Source: Peptococcaceae bacterium BRH_c8a
GTDB taxonomy: Bacteria; Bacillota; Desulfotomaculia; Desulfotomaculales; Desulfallaceae
NCBI GenBank assembly: GCA_000961575.1
Contig: LADP01000023.1
Location: 56,351 to 88,350, forward strand
Reading direction: 5' to 3'
Length of the DNA stretch: 32,000 nucleotides
Below are positions 16,668-24,325 of this stretch, piece after piece. How positions within the stretch are numbered: position 1 is the stretch's first letter; every line of letters starts with the position of its first letter. The notes beneath the pieces were generated by a model. It searched no databases. It saw only the letters and a list, made by a program, of their open reading frames with translations, and had not been told where the DNA came from. The translations under genes were made by a program, and so were the position numbers.

Positions 16668-18243
16668 AGGCATCAACGACCTGGATGGTATCTAACTTCG
16701 GGTCAGCAGCTCCCTGCTGATGCAATTCACATTCACGCACCTGTTGTAAGTATTCTACAACCGCCGGGGTAATTTCCTCCCCGGGGTAGATGGCGGTTAT
16801 TCCCGGCGGGTACACAGCCACGGATTCAGCGCTAACCCGGCCGGTGGATCGCTCCAGGGGTATAATCCGACGCGGTGCCAACCAGGCCTGGCGCGGGGTT
16901 AATACCTGCGGCGGTATCGGTGGGCCCGCAGGCAACGGAATGGGTGACCGGGGACTGTGGCCTTGTTCGGTCTGGCAGCTAAGTTCGGCCAGACCATTGA
17001 GCAACGCAATAATGTCAGATTTTTGGGTGCCCAGTGATAGTACCGCCACTATATTGAACGCATCGGACATTTCCAAGTGGATACCGTATTTATGAGCCAG
17101 CCATCGGGCCGCTGTGTGCCCTGAAATGCCCAACTGGCGTACCGAAATCACCAGTCGGGTGGGGTCGTGTCCGGCTGTACCGGAACTTCCCAGGTGCTCA
17201 GTGCCCAGCGTCGTCAGACCGGGCATCTTATTAATTATTGGTACCGCCTCGTGAACCCAGCCTAAAAGCTTGTCCAGAGTCTCTCTGCCATGACAGGTCA
17301 GGTAACCCCGGGCGGCGTCCAGGGAAGCCATCAACAAGTACGACGGGCTAGAGGTCTGCAACAAGCGCAGCACCTCCGCCACTCTTTCCCGGTCCACATA
17401 AGTTGGGGACATTCCTCCGCAGGAGGTGTGTCCCCTTTCCGCTATCGACATTCCTCCGCAGGAGGGGTGTCCCCTTTCCGCTCGTTCCGCTTTTCCCAAG
17501 TGCAGCCAGGATGCCTGGGTTAAAGCGCCTCCAGTTTTATGCACACTCTGCACCACCGCGTCAGCACCTAGGGAAAGTGCATCAGCGGGCAGATCGGGAT
17601 GTAAGCGCAGGTGTGTACCGTGAGCCTCGTCAACCAGCAATGGTACATTGTACCGATGGCAGATTGCCGCCGCTGCACCCAAATCACCCGTCACACCGTA
17701 ATAGTTTGGGTGAACTGCCAGTACCGCTCCGGCACCGGGGTTTTGCCGCAACCCATCAATCAGATCTTCCGGCCGAAACCCAGTAGCAAATTCAAAGCCG
17801 GGCACCACTTCGGGGGCCAAGAAAACCGGGCGGGCGCCGCTTATAATAAGCCCACCCAGCACGGAGCGGTGGGCGTTACGTGGCAGTACAAGCGGCCGGT
17901 TCTGATCACAACTAGCAGCTATGAGGGCCTGAATGCCAACTGTGGTGCCGTTAACCAAAAAAAATGTATGCCGGGCCCCGAAAAGCCCGGCGGCTTTTTC
18001 CTGGGCCGCCGCGATAACCCCGCCGGGGTTATGCAAATCGTCCAGGCCTTCCAATTCAGTTACATCCAAACCAGGTAGCCCGTCCATAAATTGGGGACAG
18101 GGGCATAAGTTTCCGCCATGACCGGGTACATGCATCCTTACCGGGCGTCTACGGCGGTATTCTTCCAGCGCATTAACCAGCGGTAGATCCGCAATTGGGG
18201 AGGGTTGTACCCTTTTTTCTTTATTAAACGGCAAAATTTTCAC
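16666..18243 (-). CDS. Orn/Lys/Arg decarboxylase family (PLP-dependent, YaaO-like)
   Basis: MHVPGHGG, LDDLHNP, VLPRNAHRS, VQSVHKT (PLP-Lys), SSPSYLLMASLD. Same position as B. subtilis yaaO, upstream of tmk. Contains an ~80-bp repeat-derived in-frame insertion. The start (GTG 18243 or TTG 18234) is uncertain. Confidence 0.9.
   Translation of the reverse strand: MKILPFNKEKRVQPSPIADLPLVNALEEYRRRRPVRMHVPGHGGNLCPCPQFMDGLPGLDVTELEGLDDLHNPGGVIAAAQEKAAGLFGARHTFFLVNGTTVGIQALIAASCDQNRPLVLPRNAHRSVLGGLIISGARPVFLAPEVVPGFEFATGFRPEDLIDGLRQNPGAGAVLAVHPNYYGVTGDLGAAAAICHRYNVPLLVDEAHGTHLRLHPDLPADALSLGADAVVQSVHKTGGALTQASWLHLGKAERAERGHPSCGGMSIAERGHTSCGGMSPTYVDRERVAEVLRLLQTSSPSYLLMASLDAARGYLTCHGRETLDKLLGWVHEAVPIINKMPGLTTLGTEHLGSSGTAGHDPTRLVISVRQLGISGHTAARWLAHKYGIHLEMSDAFNIVAVLSLGTQKSDIIALLNGLAELSCQTEQGHSPRSPIPLPAGPPIPPQVLTPRQAWLAPRRIIPLERSTGRVSAESVAVYPPGITAIYPGEEITPAVVEYLQQVRECELHQQGAADPKLDTIQVVDA
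17401..17490. repeat. Two tandem GGGGACA-hairpin repeat copies inside the decarboxylase CDS (in-frame)
   Basis: agttggggacattcctccgcaggaggtgtgtcccctttccgc + tatcgacattcctccgcaggaggggtgtcccctttccgc + partial tcgttccgc. Translated as AER-AERGHPSCGGMSI-AERGHTSCGGMSPT. Confidence 0.9.
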
Positions 18244-18445
18244 CTGCGTATATACTTGTTAACAAATAATTTTATCATATTGGGAGTCAGCAGACCAGAC
18301 AAGTTTAAGTCGAAAGTCATATACCACTTAAAAGACCTTCGATTTTGGTATGCCTTCGACTTTAATTAGTACCTTTCTTGCATTTCATTGACATCATAAA
18401 GAGTTTTTCTGGGGTCAAAATATGAGAAAGGAGTGTGAACGGCAA

Positions 18446-18706
18446 ATGTCCGATTTAGAAGTTAACACCAAAAAAATATCTCAGAAATATCGTACCAATG
18501 TGCCCCGCCTAATCCGCGCCTGGAAAAAGGGCATTTCCGATCCAGAGATTTCTCGCCATACCGGTATAAACGTTACCACCTTGTACCAGATAAAAAGTGA
18601 GCTTGAATTAGCTCACCGCCGGGTCAGGGTGGCCCGAAAACGGGAATCGGTAGACGATACCCCGGTTTACGCCCAGCGCCATATTCTTTTGAGACCGCTC
18701 CTGTAA
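18446..18706 (+). CDS. Small helix-turn-helix protein (function unknown)
   Basis: ORF with RBS AAAGGAG upstream of ATG 18446. ISDPEISRHTGINVTTLYQIK looks like an HTH. Its 3' end overlaps the gin 3' end by 40 nt (convergent). No recognisable family, so coding status is uncertain. Confidence 0.4.
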   Translation: MSDLEVNTKKISQKYRTNVPRLIRAWKKGISDPEISRHTGINVTTLYQIKSELELAHRRVRVARKRESVDDTPVYAQRHILLRPLL

Positions 18707-18843
18707 ATATCATAAGCCGGATCATCCAACTGCAGGTTTATGATAGTCTCCTCGCAGCAGGAACAAATGTAATACCCACGAATAACCAACCCTGTGGTCG
18801 GTTCCGACCAACCGCCACAAATTACACAACTATGGCGCATCAT
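18667..18843 (-). CDS. csfB: Anti-sigma-G factor Gin (CsfB)
   Basis: MMRHSCVICGG......YICSCCEETI....DDPAYDIY..GLKRIW matches the CsfB pattern (B. subtilis: CVICDQ...FICLDCERKV...SDPDYAFY..KLKSI). Syntenic position near yaaO. The start is taken at ATG 18843. Confidence 0.8.
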   Translation of the reverse strand: MMRHSCVICGGWSEPTTGLVIRGYYICSCCEETIINLQLDDPAYDIYRSGLKRIWRWA

Positions 18844-18906
18844 TACATCACCCGATTTAATATATGAACCTGGGCCGAAAGCAGTCACTAAAAAACTCTG
18901 TCAATT

Positions 18907-18958
18907 GAAAAAGGGCCACAGGTAACTTTTATCAATTAAAAGTACCTGGACCCTTTTT
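18907..18958 (-). terminator. Long imperfect hairpin terminator after the oxidoreductase operon
   Basis: AAAGGGTCCAGGTACTTTTAA / TAAAAGTTACCTGTGGCCCTTT stem with a U-run on the minus strand. A T-run is also present on the plus side. Confidence 0.65.
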
Positions 18959-18968
18959 AAAAACTTTT

Positions 18969-19223
18969 TTAATGCTTGGCTTCTTTTTTCTTGTCCACTG
19001 TTATAGCACAGTCCGGGCAGAAGTTCTGGCAAATACCGCAGGCGATACACTCATCGTTTATTTTTACCGAGGGCGTACCGTACACGCCAAGCACATCTGA
19101 CCAGCTCATACACTTTTTAGGGCATTTCTGGACGCACAGGCCACAACCTTTACAAAGCCCGGCAAATATCGTCCAGAAACCTTTCTCAACCTCCAGGGTT
19201 TGACCCTTGAAATCTTGAGCCAT
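18969..19223 (-). CDS. 2-oxoacid:ferredoxin oxidoreductase delta subunit (2x[4Fe-4S] ferredoxin)
   Basis: CKGCGLCVQKCP and CIACGICQNFCP motifs. 84 aa. Last gene of the operon. Confidence 0.85.
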   Translation of the reverse strand: MAQDFKGQTLEVEKGFWTIFAGLCKGCGLCVQKCPKKCMSWSDVLGVYGTPSVKINDECIACGICQNFCPDCAITVDKKKEAKH

Positions 19224-19238
19224 TATTCCTTACCCCCT

Positions 19239-19805
19239 TTACAATAACTCGGCCACAAGCTCAGCACCGCGCTCCATAGCCTTAAAATTCATTTCCCGCA
19301 GCTCGGGGTTCTTGTCAAACTTGTAGCCGAGCTTCTTCTCAATGGCTTTTTTGGCGTCGTCCATAGCCACCACACCGGTGGCTTTTAGTACCGCGCCCAT
19401 AATGATCACGTTGAACACGCGGGGGTGCAGTTCTTTCTTGGATACTTCAATGGCTGGAATAGCATATACCTTGTCTGTGTTGGTGGGCAGTTCGTCCTGT
19501 ATGTTTTCAATACCACTGTCATAAACGAAGACTGTTTCGGGACCGACGTACTTTCTGGTGCGAATTACCGCCCGGTCGCTTAGCGCAATTACGATATCGC
19601 CGATTTGAAACTTAGGTGCTCCAATTGCTTCGTCGCCAATCTGCAGATAGGCTACCGAAACGCCGCCCCGCTGCTCCACGCCGAAGTTGGGAATATAAAG
19701 GGCTTCACGCCCCTTTTCGTTAGCGGCCTCGGCTAGGATCTCGGCCACCGACTGGACGCCCTGTCCACCTTCACCGGCTAATACTATTTTTATTGGTTTT
19801 CCCAT
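19239..19805 (-). CDS. 2-oxoacid:ferredoxin oxidoreductase gamma subunit
   Basis: IVLAGEGGQGV...AG.ILA.AA, and FGVEQRGG typical of the POR/KOR gamma family. Confidence 0.9.
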   Translation of the reverse strand: MGKPIKIVLAGEGGQGVQSVAEILAEAANEKGREALYIPNFGVEQRGGVSVAYLQIGDEAIGAPKFQIGDIVIALSDRAVIRTRKYVGPETVFVYDSGIENIQDELPTNTDKVYAIPAIEVSKKELHPRVFNVIIMGAVLKATGVVAMDDAKKAIEKKLGYKFDKNPELREMNFKAMERGAELVAELL

Positions 19806-19807
19806 AT

Positions 19808-20566
19808 TTATTGTCCCTCCTTCTCCCGGGGACCGGGTACTCTGAGTTCCCCTACCTTAAAGTATTTATACATATCTTCTTCTAGAAACTTCCAAGTATC
19901 CTTGGCGTTGGTGCGCCAGTTGGTGGGACACAGGGACAGCGCTTCCACAAAACTAAATCCGTTCCCGGCCATCTGGTTTTCCAGCGCTTTTTTAATATAC
20001 CCCTTTAGTTGTTTCATGTTGGCCACACTACCCCTGGCTACGTACGCCCCTTCCGGAGCAATAGCCGCCACCATTTCCGGACCCTGGGTGGGTGAACCGG
20101 TGGTCTCGGCATCGCGACCGTAAGGAGAAGTTTCAGTTTTCTGGCCCGGCATGGTGGTAGGCGCCATTTGTCCGCCGGTCATGCCATACTGGGTATTATT
20201 GACCAGGATAGCCGTAATGCGTTCGTTACGCGTGGCTGAGCTGACCAGGTGCTGTGCACCGATGGCATATCCGCCGCCGTCGCCCATATAGGCCACACCA
20301 ATAATATCGGAGTTGGCTCGCTTCATGCCGGTAATTACCGGGTTAGTACGACCATGATGAGTTTGTACCGTATCCATATTGAAAAAATCCCACGATAACA
20401 ATGAACAGCCGATATCGCAACCAAAAACGACTTTATCTTGAATACCCAGTTCATCTATAGCCTGTCCCAGGGCTTTGAGCACTAATCCATGTCCACAACC
20501 CGGGCAGAATTTGTGGGGTTTGGTTTCCACGCGCCAGCACTTGGGCATGGCAGGTTGAACTGTCAT
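19808..20566 (-). CDS. 2-oxoacid:ferredoxin oxidoreductase beta subunit (TPP-binding)
   Basis: FCPGCGHG, GCS, GDGG..AIG (TPP-binding GDG), NN..YGMTGGQ. Confidence 0.92.
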   Translation of the reverse strand: MTVQPAMPKCWRVETKPHKFCPGCGHGLVLKALGQAIDELGIQDKVVFGCDIGCSLLSWDFFNMDTVQTHHGRTNPVITGMKRANSDIIGVAYMGDGGGYAIGAQHLVSSATRNERITAILVNNTQYGMTGGQMAPTTMPGQKTETSPYGRDAETTGSPTQGPEMVAAIAPEGAYVARGSVANMKQLKGYIKKALENQMAGNGFSFVEALSLCPTNWRTNAKDTWKFLEEDMYKYFKVGELRVPGPREKEGQ

Positions 20567-20692
20567 TTAACACAGGCCCCCTTTCATTTTCCCTCAGCAA
20601 TAAAAAGATTAAAACATATCTCTTCAGCAAATAAATGTCAAAAACAATGTCTAAGGTCTTTAATAACTTTAACTTTCGGCTTTTGACTATTT

Positions 20693-21781
20693 TTAACCCT
20701 TTATCTCTTTAACCCGGGCAATCACTTCCTCGGAGGTTATGCCCACACCGGGCTTGAACAGGGACAGCATTTCTGCCGTACTGCCGTAGATAACTTCCTT
20801 GACCAAGCGGGCTAACTGGCCTTGGGCTGATTCCACCACCAGCAGTTGTTTTGCCTTGCCTGCCACTTCCTGCAATTCCTTTTCGGGCATCGGACGGAGG
20901 GTAATAGGACGAAAATAGCCAACTTTATAGCCCTGCTCCCGTAAATCCCTGACAGCCATCTTGCAGGCCCGGGACACCACACCGTGGGAAATAATTACCA
21001 GGTCTGCATCTTCGGTGTCAAATGTCTCATGTTCCGCTATTTCAGGTGCCGCCTTGGCGAAATCAGCCAGATAACCTTGCAGCACTTCATACAGTTCTTC
21101 TTCCATATTATAAGTATTTCTCATGTGCTTGGGGGGCCTGTCCACTCCCGGCATACCGGGACGTCCCACATATGCATCGGTGGGCACCATTTCAATACCC
21201 CGTTCGGCCGGGTCGTAAAACGTAAGTGACTCACGCATCTTAGCCTGATAACCGTCACCAAGCACGAAGGTGGGGAAACGATACTTCCAGGCGGTATTAA
21301 AAGATTTAATGGTGTAATCAAACAGTTCCTGGTGTGTAGCAGTGGAATAAACCACCCGCAAGCCTTCGCCGTTACCACCCAGTGTGGTCAGGGTGACCTC
21401 CTGCTGGGAGTAAATTACTGTAGCGGTGGAAGGGCCGCCACGCTGCTGCACCACTACCACGATGGGCAGGCGCATTGCTTCGGCCATACTTATGGGTTCC
21501 TGCATCAGCGTATTACCGGGTCCGGCGGTAGCGGTAAAAGCTCTCCGGCCGGCTAGAACCCCTCCCACCGTGGTGAAACCGGCGGATAACTCGTCCTCGG
21601 TTTGCAGAAATCTGCGCCCATATTTTGGTATCATCCTGGTCCAGTAATGCATAATTTCATTTTGCGGCGTAATAGGATAACCGTACATGATTTCCGCTCC
21701 CGCCGCCAGGGCCGCCCAGGCAACCACTTCATTGCCGGTCACAAACACCCTTTTTTCTCCCTGAATCGGTTTTTCTGGCAT
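20693..21781 (-). CDS. 2-oxoacid:ferredoxin oxidoreductase alpha subunit
   Basis: GNEA/V..AA..AG......YPITP, and the TATAGPG motif. Gene order alpha-beta-gamma-delta. Substrate (2-oxoglutarate, branched-chain 2-oxoacids or pyruvate) cannot be assigned from sequence alone. Confidence 0.92.
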   Translation of the reverse strand: MPEKPIQGEKRVFVTGNEVVAWAALAAGAEIMYGYPITPQNEIMHYWTRMIPKYGRRFLQTEDELSAGFTTVGGVLAGRRAFTATAGPGNTLMQEPISMAEAMRLPIVVVVQQRGGPSTATVIYSQQEVTLTTLGGNGEGLRVVYSTATHQELFDYTIKSFNTAWKYRFPTFVLGDGYQAKMRESLTFYDPAERGIEMVPTDAYVGRPGMPGVDRPPKHMRNTYNMEEELYEVLQGYLADFAKAAPEIAEHETFDTEDADLVIISHGVVSRACKMAVRDLREQGYKVGYFRPITLRPMPEKELQEVAGKAKQLLVVESAQGQLARLVKEVIYGSTAEMLSLFKPGVGITSEEVIARVKEIKG

Positions 21782-21824
21782 TACTTGTACACCTCCTAAA
21801 TCTAAAACCTATGTTTAAATGTCA

Positions 21825-22499
21825 TTACCACAACGTGCGCGGCATGTACCTTACCAGCTTCCTTACCGGGTTCCCAGCACCGTCCACGGGGCCAATGCGG
21901 TCGGCAAATTCTACCACTGCAGTGGTGGCAACCACCGGGATACCCAGAATCCGGGCTGCTTCCCCTACCACCCGAACCCCTTCCTGCACTATTTCCAAAT
22001 CGGTGTCATCCCCGAGGTGACTGTTGTTAATTAAACCATCAACGCGGTTCAATTCCCGTATGTACTGCACAATCTCAGCTATCGACCCGGTCATGGGCCG
22101 GGCAATGTTTACCACGGCATACACCTTTAGGTCAGGGTCTGAGCCCGCATCTTCCAGCAAGTTAAGGGTTTTAGCCCCCTCCACCCCATAACCAATATCC
22201 AGTATAATGTCACCGGTTCGGCGTAGTGCCCAGCGATTCTCTGCCTTTAGGATGTTACCCGTCTCGCCAAGCCCAACCATGTCCCTGGTTTCCCAGGCCA
22301 ATACTGTAATACCTTTCTGCTCCAGTTCCTTTTTGATTGGGCGCAGGGTATAACAGGGCTCGACTATATCCAGATCCACCAAGGTGACCTGCCGGCCTGT
22401 TTCAGCCAAATCCAGCGCCCGGTTAACTGCCACCTCACTTTTACCGCTGGCGTATTCTCCCACGTAGGCCTCGATAATTCGCGGGCCGATAATTACCAC
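21825..22499 (-). CDS. P-loop NTPase (SIMIBI/MinD-like fold), function unknown
   Basis: Walker A is GEYASGKSE and the Walker B-like motif is GDIILDIGYG. It sits 43 nt upstream of the oxidoreductase alpha gene. The GTG start is the last G of a G8 tract, so the start is uncertain. Confidence 0.6.
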   Translation of the reverse strand: MVIIGPRIIEAYVGEYASGKSEVAVNRALDLAETGRQVTLVDLDIVEPCYTLRPIKKELEQKGITVLAWETRDMVGLGETGNILKAENRWALRRTGDIILDIGYGVEGAKTLNLLEDAGSDPDLKVYAVVNIARPMTGSIAEIVQYIRELNRVDGLINNSHLGDDTDLEIVQEGVRVVGEAARILGIPVVATTAVVEFADRIGPVDGAGNPVRKLVRYMPRTLW

Positions 22500-22650
22500 C
22501 CCCCCCGCGCTTAAATATTCTAAATTCTCGTTTAAAAGTTTTGATAAATTAGAAATTATTCATGAAACAACTGCTTTAAAAAAATCTACTCGCGCTAAGG
22601 TGCCCAAAACCGCAATAAAAAGTACAATTTCTCATAAAAGGCACTGTTTA

Positions 22651-22679
22651 AGTATATTTCAATTATTGGAACCCGTCAA
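22651..22679 (-). promoter_or_regulatory. SigA-type promoter for the NTPase/oxidoreductase operon
   Basis: Minus strand: TTGACG (22679-22674), 17 nt spacer, TATACT (22656-22651). Leaves a leader of about 145 nt. Confidence 0.45.
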
Positions 22680-22750
22680 GAAAACTGAGATATTACGGAA
22701 TTTTGGCACTGCATACGGTATACATTACAGACAAGATTTTCAAACGTTTT

Positions 22751-23035
22751 TTAAGCAAACCACATGGTTAGCACCACCAGCAGCACCAACCCCGGCAGCT
22801 GAAATATTCCTGCCACCAGTACAGTAAAGGGGTTAAATGCCACGTGCATATTTACTAGGCCCAGCGCCAAATTTAAAAGCCACAAAAGAACGACGCCCGT
22901 TACTGCGCATAATGCCAGACTTAGCAACAGTTTAAACGGCTTGTACAGCACCACGGCAGCCAGGTAAAAAAGCACCAGACCGGCAAGAATACCGGCAAGG
23001 ATAATTAATAGCAAATACCATTCCACATTCATCAC
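22751..23035 (-). CDS. bofA: Pro-sigma-K processing inhibitor BofA
   Basis: A ~90-aa, two-TM hydrophobic protein ending ...AGIFQLPGLVLLVVL. Syntenic position downstream of recR. Confidence 0.8.
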   Translation of the reverse strand: MMNVEWYLLLIILAGILAGLVLFYLAAVVLYKPFKLLLSLALCAVTGVVLLWLLNLALGLVNMHVAFNPFTVLVAGIFQLPGLVLLVVLTMWFA

Positions 23036-23118
23036 CCCGTTTCGAGTTTCTTACTTAAAAATACTATGGGGGATAAATGGAAAAAATTACTGCTCCCTTT
23101 AAAAAGTCTTAGTGGGTG

Positions 23119-23343
23119 TCTCCTGAAAAAGTCTTGGTAAGGGGTTTGGTGTTAATCTCCGCGTTACTACTCGCCGTTATGCTTGAACGAGCTCGTTCGT
23201 CCTCGGGCGCCGGAGAACTCGCGCCCTGCGGGCGCTCAGACATGCACCGGCGCTTTTCCTCGGACTCGCTCGCTCTTTGATTTAAGCTCCTACGTAACCC
23301 TCCGATTAACACCAAACCCCAGTTATGCTTAGTTTTTCAGGGG
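23119..23343. mobile_element. MITE-like element, family D (~225 bp, long terminal inverted repeats, no ORF)
   Basis: The TIRs are cctgaaaaagtcttggtaaGGGGTTTGGTGTTAATC (23122-23157) and GATTAACACCAAACCCCagttatgcttagtttttcagg (23304-23342), with a 17-bp perfect core. The interior has the perfect palindrome GAACGAGCTCGTTC and GGGCGC/GCGCCC hairpins. It starts 4 nt after the recR stop. Confidence 0.8.
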
Positions 23344-23346
23344 AAA

Positions 23347-23946
23347 CTAGTTAATTTCACGCCGGCCTTCAATGGCTTTGCCCAAAGTTATTTCATCTGC
23401 GTATTCCAAATGTGCGCCTACCGGCAGTCCGTGGGCAATTCTGGTTACGGTGACACCAATTGGTTTAATAAGCCTGGCCAGGTATAGGGCCGTGGCGTCC
23501 CCCTCCACATCGGGGTTGGTGGCCAGAATTACTTCCTTCACCCGACCGCTTGCCAGCCGGGCTATCAGGCTTTTAATGTTTAATTCCTCCGGTCCCAAAC
23601 CAGCCAGCGGGGAAAGGGCTCCGTGCAAAACGTGGTAAACACCTTTAAATCCGCGGTACTTTTCAATTGCTGCCACATCGCGTGGATCCTGTACCACACA
23701 GATTACTGCCTTCTCCCTGGTCTCATCGGCACACACGACGCATGGTTCCCTGTCGGTCAGGTTACCACAAACGGGACAGCGGCGAACCTGCAGTCGTGCT
23801 TCCCGAATGGCAAAGGCTAGATTTTCAGCCACTTCCGGCGGAGCACTTAACAAAAAAAAGGCCAGGCGCTGTGCTGTCTTGGAACCAATGCCCGGCAACC
23901 TGGCCAGTTCGCCGATTAGACGAGAAACCGCACCGGCGTAACGCAT
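23347..23946 (-). CDS. recR: Recombination protein RecR
   Basis: LPGIGSKTAQRLAF (HhH), CxxC...CxxC zinc finger, and a Toprim region (ICVVQDPRD, ATNP..EG). The start is ATG 23946 after GGGAGTG. Confidence 0.95.
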   Translation of the reverse strand: MRYAGAVSRLIGELARLPGIGSKTAQRLAFFLLSAPPEVAENLAFAIREARLQVRRCPVCGNLTDREPCVVCADETREKAVICVVQDPRDVAAIEKYRGFKGVYHVLHGALSPLAGLGPEELNIKSLIARLASGRVKEVILATNPDVEGDATALYLARLIKPIGVTVTRIAHGLPVGAHLEYADEITLGKAIEGRREIN

Positions 23947-23996
23947 TTTATTCACTCCCGCTGTGTTATATATTGGCGTGCCCTTTTCGAACTAAT

Positions 23997-24311
23997 TTAA
24001 AACATACCGGGCAGGTTCATCCCCCCGGTCAATTTACCCATTTCAGAGGACATCATTTCCTGGGCTTTTTTAAGCGCATCATTTACCGCTGTCAGCACCA
24101 GGTCCTGAAGCATTTCCACATCTTCCGGGTCTACCGCCTCTGGTTTTATCTCCAGAGACACCACTTCTTGCCGCCCGTTGGCCACCACTTTCACCACGCC
24201 GCCCCCGGCGGTGCTTTCTACAGTCCTTTCGCCCAGTTCCTCCTGCAGCTTGAGCATGTCAGACTGCATTTTTTGTACCTGTTTCATCATTTTGGCCATA
24301 TTTCCGCCCAT
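23997..24311 (-). CDS. ybaB: Nucleoid-associated protein YbaB/EbfC
   Basis: [22 protein letters not shown]..., ~104 aa. RBS AAGGAGG. Confidence 0.93.
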   Translation of the reverse strand: MGGNMAKMMKQVQKMQSDMLKLQEELGERTVESTAGGGVVKVVANGRQEVVSLEIKPEAVDPEDVEMLQDLVLTAVNDALKKAQEMMSSEMGKLTGGMNLPGMF

Positions 24312-24325
24312 TAGATTCTACCTCC

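Noticed and set aside
18085-18115. aattggggacaggggcataagtttccgcc as a seventh (third in-CDS) copy of the hairpin repeat
   Set aside because: Only the 11-nt left end and the tttccgc tail match. It falls in the normally conserved PGHxGG-proximal region, so it may be coincidence or an extremely decayed copy.
18844-18906. SigK-like promoter (AC-17 nt-CATATATTA) upstream of gin/csfB, and a similar weak motif (CATAATAAT) upstream of yabG at about 2160-2200
   Set aside because: The match rests on a very degenerate consensus with no supporting data, so it is not reported as a feature.
22500-22650. About 145-nt leader upstream of the NTPase/OFOR operon, as a possible riboswitch
   Set aside because: I can find no recognisable conserved riboswitch core and no terminator/antiterminator pair.
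23109-23315. 68-aa ORF between recR and bofA, as a possible yaaL replacement
   Set aside because: It lies entirely inside the family D TIR element. It has no RBS and a low-complexity sequence unlike YaaL/DUF2508.
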